Positions 11,727-23,500 of a DNA stretch of 64,000 bases are shown one piece after another; within the stretch, counting starts at the first letter, position 1; each line of letters opens with the position of its first letter. This DNA comes from Hydrurus foetidus (taxonomy: Eukaryota). Both the position numbers and the translations under genes were made by a program. The stretch is from the NCBI GenBank assembly GCA_900617105.1, contig UYFQ01000294.1, positions 1 through 64,000 on the forward strand, given 5' to 3'. The notes under the pieces were generated by a model that ran no database searches, was not told the origin of the DNA, and saw only the letters and a list, made by a program, of their open reading frames with translations.

Positions 11727-12728
11727 ATGTTTGTCATCATTCCCATCACTTCAGAATATGGGGATTTCGCGCTGACTCCAGGATTAGATTGTGACATCAG
11801 TAAGACATCGCTGAAAGTTCTGTACTCTCTGATAATAGTGACTTCGATCTTCAACGGTCTTCAAATCGCACACTATTTGATTCTCCGATCATACGAGAAG
11901 AAGGTGTACTTCTATATATCGTGGCAACCGAGGCTGCTATTTCCCTGGGTCTTCCTAGTGGAGTTGTCAGTTCAAACGATGTTCTCCATAATCAAATTGA
12001 TTTACGGCGAAGAACTACTAGTGGGAAGAGATATGAATATCACTTGCCTTCTTGAACTCTCCGGGGTCCTATCTTTCTATGGCTTAATCCTTTACTTCTT
12101 CGTGGTCCTCAAATTTTTGCAAACATATACAACTATGTTGGTCAAAGAACGAAGAGAAAAGCTGGAGAGTCAATACGCATTTCTGAAAGTGGTTGCTACG
12201 TTTATACCGCCACTGGGATTTATATTCTGTTATATAACTGTGTTTGGAATCATATATCCCAATTTTGAACGGCAGTCTACATTAGCCAGTCTCATAGGTG
12301 TTGGATTTATGGCTCTTTCATACGGCTGGATAACAACGACTGCTTTAAAGAATCTTCGCTACGAACTTTCCAGTCACATATCGAATTTTCCTCAGTCGTC
12401 AGATGACATAAAGCTTGTATTGAAGCGATTAACAAGTGCATACAGAATCCTACTGGTTATGTCGACACTTATGGGACTATCCTACTTCGTTTTCTGCTTC
12501 GATTACATGCTACGAAAATCGTGCTACCTCCTCATTTGGCTTCATATAAGTTGGCCAGGAGTAGCAACAGTTATCGTCACAACCGTTTCACAAATTGCAA
12601 ATAATCGTCCACCGTCAGTTAAATTCACAAGCAGTGGTGGACGTCAGAAAGTGGGCATCTATAATGCTGAACTGTCAACTGTTCCCTGTGAGACATCGTC
12701 TGTTCCATCTCAAATACAGTCCGTTTAG
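11727..12728 (+). CDS. Multipass (about 7 TM) membrane protein of unknown function
   Basis: 333-aa uninterrupted ORF with about seven hydrophobic segments and a hydrophilic Ser-rich C-tail. The true start may lie in an upstream exon. Confidence 0.65.
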   Translation: MFVIIPITSEYGDFALTPGLDCDISKTSLKVLYSLIIVTSIFNGLQIAHYLILRSYEKKVYFYISWQPRLLFPWVFLVELSVQTMFSIIKLIYGEELLVGRDMNITCLLELSGVLSFYGLILYFFVVLKFLQTYTTMLVKERREKLESQYAFLKVVATFIPPLGFIFCYITVFGIIYPNFERQSTLASLIGVGFMALSYGWITTTALKNLRYELSSHISNFPQSSDDIKLVLKRLTSAYRILLVMSTLMGLSYFVFCFDYMLRKSCYLLIWLHISWPGVATVIVTTVSQIANNRPPSVKFTSSGGRQKVGIYNAELSTVPCETSSVPSQIQSV

Positions 12729-15157
12729 AAAACGAACTAAAATATCAAATAAATGACAAATGAAATTCTGTCCATTGCTAAAAATTCAATCTGAATTTCT
12801 ACCGCTTATTGTACCACTGCTATCAAGGTCATAGCAGTTTGACAATTGAGAGAATTGCCTTACAGAAACACACTATCTAGAATTATTTGTCATTTTCCTG
12901 CCGTAAATATACGGTACTTTCAAGGTACTCCAAATCCGGATAAATTATTGTCAAATGACCCTGAACTTTTTTCCTAATCGATCCTGACCGTCCCTTTTCG
13001 TAATATTCTGTAGTCCTATAATGGTATTCTTAAAGTTTAGATAAATCCGACATCTCTATTTTTTCATCCTCCATTTTCCCCTTTTAAGTACGTTAACAGA
13101 ATAATTACTGCATGTTTGAATTTTTTAAACCGCAATATTTTATTCAGAACGCCGTGCGCATCCTTTCTATCAGCGACTTTTAAACCTATTCTCACCAATA
13201 TGTTTTTATTAAGCTATCAACATTTACAGTTGCGTTATCTACCTTACTTATTTGTCTGCGATTCCATTTCTAATATAAATAGAATTAAAAAAGTGTTTTC
13301 GAATAAAGATTAAGATTGTTCTTTCTTATCCAGAAGTTGGAGACCGAAATGTGTTCGAAGTACGGTACCGCGATTCTAGTCTTTTCAAGCGTAATACCTG
13401 CGCATTCTATCAGCGGTATACACACGTTTTATTTCAACTCAAAAAATTATAATTGAAAATAACAAGGGAGAAGTAAGTACGAATCGAGCTGTTGACCTCC
13501 ACGATAGATTCTGCAGTTGCGATCAAGGCAGGAAAGCTGCGGTACCGTTCCAGATGAATTTCTAAGATGCAGGTATGATTTTGATTCTGCTCCGCTACAC
13601 AATTACTCAGGACTCAATTTGATATTCATTTCGTCTTGAAAGGCATCTCGATAATATGGGGCCACTCCGACAGCAGACATTCCGAAATGATCCCGCAAGG
13701 AACCTGCCGTAAAGAGTACAGTGGGGTGGAGGAGTGTCGAGTACATCTTAATGCAGGAGGTACAGTCGTCCATGGAGAGGGTGATAGCGGGGCTACAAGG
13801 GGGAAAAGTTGCGATGGTAACTGTCACACTAGAAGTCATTGAGAAAAAAATGTCAGCGGAGTACGAAATCTTTCATCGGGGGGAATTTGGTGATAGTGTT
13901 GGATGTTCGGGAGAAAATCCCATTCGAAATTAATGAAGGCAATTCAAATACGACAGCACAAGGTACCAAAGATTTCATTCGGTACAATGCATTGAGATCA
14001 CGACTTATATTGCTCAGTGATGTTAAACTACTCACCTTACGTCAAGGAGTCAGTCGCAGAGACTTGATGAAATTCGAAAGTCTGCCACCCGTAGAGCAGA
14101 TAAGAGGGCTAGATGTTTATCATCTTCTGCTTCAAGATATCAAGATGCTCCGAGAACGCGAAAACGAAATCTCTCCCTGTGTTATATGGTATACATATAG
14201 GTCAAGCGTGAGAGATCAGATGTAGTGTCTTCTTAAATGAACTTCATTCATAATCTTGTCTCAAATGAGTTTTCCTTTCAGATTTATCATTCCCGTTATG
14301 TAGTAAAGCTTGTGAAAATCAATCAATCTTTGAAAATAGATAAGCAGTGACATTTTATCGTCTACACTTTTCGAAACTGCGGTAAAATAGCCCTGGAAAA
14401 AATGGGGAGTCTGATCGGATGCTATCTAAGACTGCCACCATCAAATCAGAGTCAGCAATTCTCTTCTCAGACAGCTGGAGTAACTCAATCAAAGTCTAAG
14501 ACCTCACTTTAACTAAAATCATCACTCTTGACCTCCATTCAACTCACCTATTGAAACGAGAAATGTTTATCTTGGATACCGTCACGATCATGGATTTCGA
14601 AGTCGGTCTAAGAATTGATCTAAACTGTTCATATAGAAATCTATGGCTGATCACACAAGTTCTTCCAAGAAGAGTCGAATTCCTGTCGAACCTGGTTGCA
14701 AAAGTCGGAGGATTCTGAGATTTTGGTTCGATCAGCTGGGAAATACAAGGAAGAGAGAGACAGCTGCGAAAATTACCAATTCAGAGAGGAGATCTCTTTG
14801 AACGACACTCCAGTGCATCATACGTTGAGATCTGGAGAATTGGTTTTACTGTGTCTGTAGTTAGATTTTGTATCTCGCGAGCTCTTGAGCTAGCTGTGAG
14901 CTGTGTGTGAGCTGTAAGGCTACAATTCATGGCAGCGTGATAGCTTGTGCGCGTAAGTACCACGTGCGTTTTATAACGGAAGTTTATTTTGAGTTGTTTC
15001 ATGGTTTTACGGTATAAAATGGGTGTAAAAACTTGAAATTTTGAAAATTCGAAAGTCAACTCTGCTTCTTTCAGCGACCGTTAGTCAAACCTCCATCAAA
15101 CAGTTAAATCATTTGTCCCTACTCGACAGTAGTTTTCCCGTCATATTTCTCTGCGAG

Positions 15158-15895
15158 ATGATCTATTCCAGCAAGGATTGGTACCATCAGATTTGCAGAT
15201 TGGCGGCAATAAGGAGGATATTGAGGAGGCGGGCTAAACTGAAAGTGAGGCAGCGGCGCAGTCCTCCATGTGTCGTTAGACCCAACTTTATAGACTACTG
15301 GAGTTCGCCATGGGGTCGACTTCTGGTACATCTGGCATCAGTTGATGGCGGACCATCGATTGAATCTCGAGATGGGAAACTATTCAGACGCAGGTTTAGG
15401 GTGCCATACAGTGTATTCTGCAGTTTGGTAACAAAATGCATCGAAAAGAAAATTTTTGGTGAAAACTCTCCGAGGGAGACAGATATCGCTAATCGGAGTG
15501 TGTGCCCTATTGAAATCAAGCTTTTAGCGGTGCTGAGAATTCTGGGTAGAAATTGGAACTTTGACGATATTGCAGAGGCTACTCTGATGGGCGAAACTAC
15601 GGCGAGGAGGTCATCTCACACCTTCTGTGAAAATTTTGTCGGAGAATTCTACAGTACATACGTCTATCGCCCGACTGGCGAGAAGCTGTACAAAGTAATG
15701 AAAGTATTCGAGTTAATGGGATTGCCGGGTTGCATTGGGTCAACCGATTGCGTCCATCTGAAGTGGGATAGATGCCCAGTAGGCTTAGGTCAGCTGTGTT
15801 CTGGTAAGGAAGGATATCCAACCCTTGCTTATTCTTGCACTGTTGATCACCACCATAGAATTCTTGCATCTACAAGTAGTTACTGGGTGCCATAG
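15158..15895 (+). pseudogene. PIF/Harbinger transposase, C-terminally truncated
   Basis: FRRRFRVP, an HTH-like region KLLAVLRILG...FDDIAE, and GLPGCIGSTDCVHLKWDRCP (first catalytic D). The ORF stops before the later D and E motifs. Confidence 0.85.
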
Positions 15896-16833
15896 AAGTA
15901 GTTAAGTCTTAGAAAGTTGAAGAGATCGGTTACATACCCAGCTTTCTCAGACTCTGAAAGACCTGGAATGCTTTTGGACATCTCTACAAGCGAAGTGAGT
16001 CGTTCCTTCTCGCAGCTCCAATCATAATGTGCGGACATTTTACGCTCCTCATCAATGATATCCTGCTCATCTTTACTGTCCGCAATAACGTGAGTGGTCT
16101 CCGTTCGTAAATTTGCCAAACGGCGCTGATTGCGGCTGCCAGTAGCAGCCATGTTGCTCCGCATAACTTCCGTTGACACCTTCACGGCCTCAATTTTTTT
16201 GCAGGGCCGCTACCTGGAGCAGGAGTCTTCAAGACTTGGAGGCATTTCGCTCTGAGGAATACGAAGACACAATTAGTCTAATGAAAATGTCGAAGCAAGC
16301 GATGCTTGTTACCTTCCTGAAGGCAATTCAACGTAGCGAAATGCAAGCCACTCTTTGATTTTCCATTGAGGATCAAATGAACGCAGCTGATAGTCTATGC
16401 TCTTCTTTCCGGCTTGCTTCTTCTTTTCCTCTTCATTGCGTTGCCAAGCCGCTTGCCTACAAACTATGAGAGCATCCCCAATTTGGGTGCCGGATGCATA
16501 CGCCACAGGATCCTTCCATGCAGGATTGAGGACGTTGACGATGAAGGCCACAGCTTCTTTCGCTTTCCTCACCATTTGGACACCCGTGTCCTTCTCGATC
16601 TGACTCGTAAGTGATGCACTAGTCGCATCTTTGATCGGTATATACGTGTAGCTCTCAAATAATTCTCTAACCCAATCTGTTGCCCGAACTTTGATTGATT
16701 GCTCGATTTGGTGAACGCTCTGCTTCCCACCGTTGGTGACAATGTCGTTCCAGGTGAGAAGTAGGAGGAGAGTGTAAGTTTCCCCCAGAGCTTGTGTAGC
16801 CCTACTCATTCTAGTTGATGCGTCGTCAGCCAT
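15880..16833 (-). pseudogene. Second (accessory) Harbinger ORF, probably spliced and disrupted
   Basis: 189-aa and 101-aa minus-strand ORFs converge on the transposase, with a GT donor near 16312. I could not join the frames without invoking a frameshift. No Myb/SANT motif was clearly recognised. Confidence 0.55.
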
Positions 16834-17513
16834 CTTAGAGAAGTGTTCTGCGCCCTCAAAGTGATTTGAAATGTGCAACGTCGCCTCAATTTCCTATCGG
16901 GCATGATTGAATTTGTTGCCGGGATAATCTTGTTTTTCGAGGATAAAATTTGAAAATACGATTCCGCATCGGGTCAGAATTTATCACGAATCGCCCATGA
17001 AACTTCTTTTTACGGTTAAAACGACCCGTGATACTGTAGGGTATGGTCTTTTACCGTTGCCATGAATTGTAGCCTAAGGAGCCTGTAATTTTTTGTAATT
17101 TGGATGAAGCGAAACAAATAATCGCGCACAAATCTGTACGCCGAGGACGTTTCGATGATTTTCACTTTTCACACGTCTTCTCATTCAGTTTTCCACCTCT
17201 ACCCTCTGGTAGCACAATAGAATATGGAATTGAGCAGCGCAAAGAGGAAGAAAGTTCATGCCACTGTAGGATTGTTTTCTTGGTGATGCTTCAGTGCAAG
17301 CCGAGATCATCGGTTGCTAGAAGGGCTGTCGTCTCGGCGCTGGGCAGTCTTGTCCGAGAGCATAGCAGCAGTACTTTCTATGTTTGCCCAGAGGGAATTC
17401 TAGCGGAGTGACAATTATTCCTACCGTGCAACGGCAGCTGTAGAGCAAAAACTTTCGGTCAAAATATGCTACGTAGCAGGAATCCGAGATAGCTTTCCTA
17501 TCGACTCAATTCA

Positions 17514-20500
17514 ATGACATCGAGGCTTGTTGAGGATGCGAGGAGACATGCGTTACGGGAAATTACAGATAGGACGCAATTGGAATCGATGGTGATGGAT
17601 GATACAGTGATAACTGTAGAAAAGGAAGTCGGGGATTACAGAGTAGCAAGGAAGGATCAAGACAGCAGAATATTCACGCCTGCATATGAGAATAGGAATC
17701 ACAAAGCAAAGTGCGGTCTTTGCAAATCTTACTTCCACAAGAAAAGCATGCAACGCAGGGTGACGAATTTCAAAATTCTTCAGCTGCAAAAGTCTTGGAA
17801 TTGCCTGAGCGAAGGAAAAAGATTCGAGACGTCTTCGTTCCTTTATGAGGGTAGCGCGGTGTGCACGTTTTGCTATCAATTGTTTGATAGCAAAAACGTT
17901 CAAAAAGAGAACGATAACATCAGAAAACACTCAACGACCAATTTAATGGATAGTCAATCTGAGAGTAGCATATACAACGAGCCTAGTATCTTAGCGGCTA
18001 AAACTCTACCGTCAAGCAACGTCTTTCAATCTTCTGAATCATCAGGAGGGCGCAATATAAATAATTCCCAAGGAGGTACTGTAAAAGGAACAGCTATTGA
18101 GAGAAATAACGTGGCGGTGAACAGGATTTGCTATCAAAGCAGTGTTGTGGATCAATTAGATGCAGTTTTTGCTGTTACTTCTCCCTACTCCTTATTCTCG
18201 AAAACGAGAAGGGAGGGTGATGCGTGGTGGGAAATTAGTTTGGAGAGATCAGTACACATTCATTCAGTGCAATTTACAATCGGTAAGTCTCACTGCATTA
18301 TGATGTCGATTGTGATGAATTTTGAGCTACACAAAATTGCTATTCATTGTCATTTGCTAACGGATTTATCGAGAAATATTTCAGTTTTATTTGATAAAGT
18401 TACATCGTCAATTTCAAATGATTATTTTCAGTGCAATCCTGATTAGATTTTCAAGCTTATTTTTAGATTATTATGAGCACTGCATACCAATATTAGCATG
18501 ATAAGTGATCTTACAGTGATACAAGCAGTGAATAAAATTCTGTTGACTTGCATGACAATATTATTTTATTGATAATAATGTATAAGACTGTCGACTCTTA
18601 TTTATTCATCGAGTACATGAGATCATAGTAAAGCCAATTATATATTGAATCAATATATGTGTTAGATTCATTCTCAGTGACAATTAGACTACTGCTCTTC
18701 TCTCAATTGCTCCGTACGTATCACTCCAAGACTTGATGACTTTTATTTGTATACCATTTTGCCTTCGGATTTCTGCTGATACGTTACTGCACTGCACTGC
18801 ACTGCACTGCACTGCACTGCACTGCACTGCACTGCAATGTCCTGTACTGTATCAAACTATACGACGCTGCACTATACCATACTTCACTATACCATACTAC
18901 ACAACACGACACTGCACAACACTACAATACACTACACTATACTACACAACACGACACTATACTGCACGACACAACACAACACTTCATAACACGACACGAC
19001 ACGACACTATACTGCATGACACGACACCACACTATACTGCATGATACGACCTGCTGACCTGGACACGACCGTCTTTCACGCTGACCTTTTCTGCACGCAC
19101 GACCTTTACTGCTTTGACCGCGACACGACGCTTTACTACCGCTATGCTGCACGTTTGACACTTCCACTTCATAACCTGACCACGACCACGACGCTATACT
19201 GCGCTGACACGACACGAACCGCTATCTGCGTGACCACGTTATACCTAAACCACCCGACCCATGTGGGTGTCTTTCGCACGACCGCGACCTTCACTACGGA
19301 CCGTTATATGCTGCGGGCCACGACCACTTATCTTCTGCTATACCCTGCGGACACGTCACTACACTTCACCGACACGTTAGACCACGTTACGGATCTGCAA
19401 ATGATACGGACCACGGACCTTTAACTTTCTGACCACGGACCCTTCTTAACACTTCACGATGATTATCTTTCTTTGTTGACCGAACCCTTCTGCCACGACC
19501 GACCTATGCTCCGACAGACCTGACCACGAACCGCTATCACCTTCATCGCATTACAGACCACTACCTTCCTGACCACGGGCCACGACCTGCCACGATCTGC
19601 TGATACGACCACGTTACCTATCACTCGCACGGACCGCCACGACCACGATCTTCATACTCTTTACGAACCACTGACCTTCCGCCGACCTTCGCCTGACCAT
19701 TGCAGACCTTTAATGCACCGCACGACCACGACCACGACCACGAACCTTCCTGTGCTACCAACACGGGCCACGGGCAGACCTTCATGCTGCACGACCACGA
19801 CACGATCTAATATGAGACCCGAGACCTGACACGACCTTCTTCAGACCACGACACTACACTTCACAACACTACACGACACGACACGACACTATACTGCACG
19901 ACACGACACTGCACGACACTACACTACACTACACAACACTGCACTATACTGCACTATACTGCACGACACGACACTACACTACACTACACTACACTACACT
20001 ACACTACACTACACTACACTACACTACACTACACTACACTACACTACCTCTTTCTAATGTCATCTCAACCACACCGCTCTGTCTCACCTCCAGCTATATC
20101 TCTACCCAACACCCAACAGTCGCATCTCTGTCCCACAGTCTTAAGGTAGCAATTATTCTTCTTGAGAAACCTGCAGGCTTCGAGAACCCTTTCTTAGACA
20201 ATATGAAAGGTATCAAATCAGCTGAGTGTATGATGCCTTCGATTATTTTGCAAATGCATAGCGTAAGATAGAGAAGTAAATGAATTCATAGATATTATAT
20301 TACATCATATTACATATGAAATGATCACATGCAAGAATGATATTTATTACGAAAAAGGCATGATTTTAACGTATCGAACTTTTTGTTAAGATGTCTGACA
20401 ACACTTTTGATGTGATGATTTTTATCATTTTGTGTAATACTGCACTCTCCACATCGTCCCTTATCAGTATGATGTAAATTATTTGTCGCATACGTCATTT

Positions 20501-23500
20501 AATTTGGATCATGAATTTGTTCCACATTATCAACTTCTCTTTCTTATTTTATCTTCGACGAATTATATGTATATAGATGGAACCAGAACTTTTAAGGAAT
20601 TTGAATTGCCCTTGGCGACAGAAGCTTCTAAGGTACGTACGTACGTATTCAAACTAGTACGTACGTATTCAAAGTAGGAAATAGTACGTACAGGTTCCAA
20701 GCAGCATGCAATTATCCTAAATAGTACGTACTGATTGTGATTAGTACGTACTGCACCCTAAGACTAAGACGAAGAACGTTCATGTCCTAGCTAGTACTCT
20801 CTCGCACGTACTTGACTTCAGTGTTACACTTTTTGTCCTGGATGCAGGATGGTGAATAATACAATATCGAGACATTTCAATATATTTCTCCGCTATTCTG
20901 AGCTGTAATTTTACAAAGTACAGAAACTGTTTTCCTATTCTCAAATCCCACCATATTCCAACTTCTTTGTTTCTCGTTTTTCATCATCACAAAGATGCAT
21001 GATATTTGTTGGGTCGTAGCGAGTGAAGTGTTTTGCAGTGCAGTGAGAATTCAATTGGAAGGAACACACACTTTAACGGTAGGAAAAGTTCAGGTACTGT
21101 AATATTTCTCATAATAATGAGAGACATTGAATTATTGTATTATGTAAACAGATTTATTCTTCTCCGGTTTTTTTTTATTGTAATTGAATTGCGCTCTCAT
21201 CACTTTCGTGAATGCTGGACTATCTATATTTTTTATGTATGAGGGCGATATCAATTTTTTTGAATAAAATATCGGAGAATAAACGTCGAACATTTGATGC
21301 AATATCAATTTTACTAGATGATGCTTTATTTTGACTGCATACATCCACTTGTGATAAATATCGTACTTCAGAATAGCGCTTACGAATATTTTTTATTGAA
21401 CATGATTTGATTCAAGATACATTAAACGAAAGTGAAAATGATGCTCTGTACTATGTATAATACAATATAGAACAATATAATGTAATTCGATATAAAAATT
21501 AAATCTAATGCTTAGATATTCCAAGGGAATAATGGGTCAAAAACGATAAAAGAAATAAAAGAAAACACGAGCACATTTGTGTCCATTCCACCATCTGAAA
21601 TAAAAGAACGCCTTTATTCAATGATGAGCCCTTCACAAAAAAGAGAGTTTATCGATTTGAAAAGTGTTGCATCTATAAATTCAATAAATGCAAATAAAAA
21701 GTTTTCCCTTTCTTTAGTTGAAATTGTTCATTTTGAGGGAATTGAAAATAAAATTCAAAAACTTCCAGCAGCCGTTTTGAATCTTTCAAATCACGTAAGT
21801 ACGAATAATTAATTTAACGTTATTAATATTAATTAAATTATTCATTTCATTTTGAAAGTACCTGCTTTATTTTTTATCATGATTACATGATACACGCGTT
21901 GTATTGTTGTATGAAGTGCCAGCTAATCTTCTGATGAAGTCAATTATATCTCATACCAAAAATGATTGCAACGTACACAGATTAGTGACCAGTACAAGTT
22001 ATTTGAATCTTGGCGACAAAGAGCAGTCAAATTCATGAATTATTTTCCGAGAGAAGAATTGTATACTTTATACCGATTAGTCTTCCTGCATATTTTTGAA
22101 TCTTCGGCAAAATATCAAAAAAAACTTTTCGAACAGGTAAGACTTTTATTTTTTTTATTTCTTCTTTTTTTTTGTGTTCAAAATTCGTTATTTCCGTCAT
22201 ATATTTCCATGCTGATTATTTTCAATTATTCAAATGCAACATTTCCCGGATTTTTTTCTATTATTGTGCAGGAAATTATTTTTGAACACAGGAAAACAGC
22301 ATCATTTCTGTTTTAAGTCGTTCTTTCATATTTCTCCTTTTCCATATCGCGTGCATTCACTCATACTATTTACTCAATTACTTTTTTCTTGAGTTACAAA
22401 GTTACTTCCCATCTTCCTGTCCGCCCACCTTTACCTCACTAACTTCCCTCCTGCACAATCATATCATTTTCATTAATTTCTGCAGGAATTGTTCGATAAA
22501 GGTTTGTTGGAAAGTTTTCCTAGAGTGGATCTTACTGACGTGCTAAAAAGGCTGCGCGTTGTATTGGGCTGGCTGCAACAGGTTCAAATAACCGCAAACG
22601 AAATAACTGTAAATTTTCTGCTTATTTTTGATATACGGAATTTTAATCCTGCAGTTTCAATGTTTTTTGTCACTTCTAATATTGTCGATAAAAAATTTCA
22701 TCTTACGCTCTTCTTCTTATTTTTGTTCCCTAATTGTGCTCTAAATTCTGCAGACGAATTCGAATGCGGTGGAGTTGGGATCTCTTGTGAACAGCATCCG
22801 ACTGCTAGGTAACAACACATAGAATGACGGACTAAAATAAGATGCATTTTTAATACTATTTGATTATTTGCATTATCATTGGTTAACTTTTGTAATCAAA
22901 GTATTTTTAATCGCATCATAGGCATATTGAACGATGACAGAGCACAAGCGGCTAGCGGCGTTCCTTACGAGTCCCCTTTATCTCTGCTGCAGAAAGCATT
23001 TAAAATAGTTCAGGTATTTTGAATTCAGTTGAAATATGTGATGAGATGTAAGATAAACGTTGCCATTCTGTTTTGAGGATCGCAAGGATCGTGTTAAACT
23101 GCTGATCCACTTTTCATCTGGACCCACCCCTATACACGACAATTCACACATCCTATCTGTACCGTACGTTTTTAGTTTTCAGTACGGTTCAGATAGGGTG
23201 TGTGAATTGTCGTGTATAGGGGTGGGTCCAGTTGAAAAGTGTATCAGCAATGAAACACGACCCTAGATCACATACTCAAATCTATTACAAGCATGCATTC
23301 TGGAATGTCACAGTTTCATTTCGCATTGTACATAATTACATTGTATTTTATGTTGTCAAATTCTTTCATTCTTAACATTCTTGTATATCCCATTTCTCTT
23401 CTATCTTACTTTCTTTTTCCTTCTTTCTCTCCTAGACTCATGTGGTATCAGCAGCTCATGCAGTGTATCAGTCACAGAACAGATCTCATCTTAGTTCACC

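Larger units (their letters stand above)
14918..17074. mobile_element. PIF/Harbinger DNA transposon, internally deleted (2157 bp)
   Basis: TIRs GGCTACAATTCATGGCA / TGCCATGAATTGTAGCC (perfect for 17 bp); TAA TSD at 14915-14917 and 17075-17077; two convergent ORFs inside. Confidence 0.93.

Noticed and set aside
13345..14350. Patchy plus-strand ORFs (13721-13933, 13839-14225) that look protein-like
   Set aside because: No recognisable motif and no consistent exon chain; possibly a decayed gene, but I cannot support a call.
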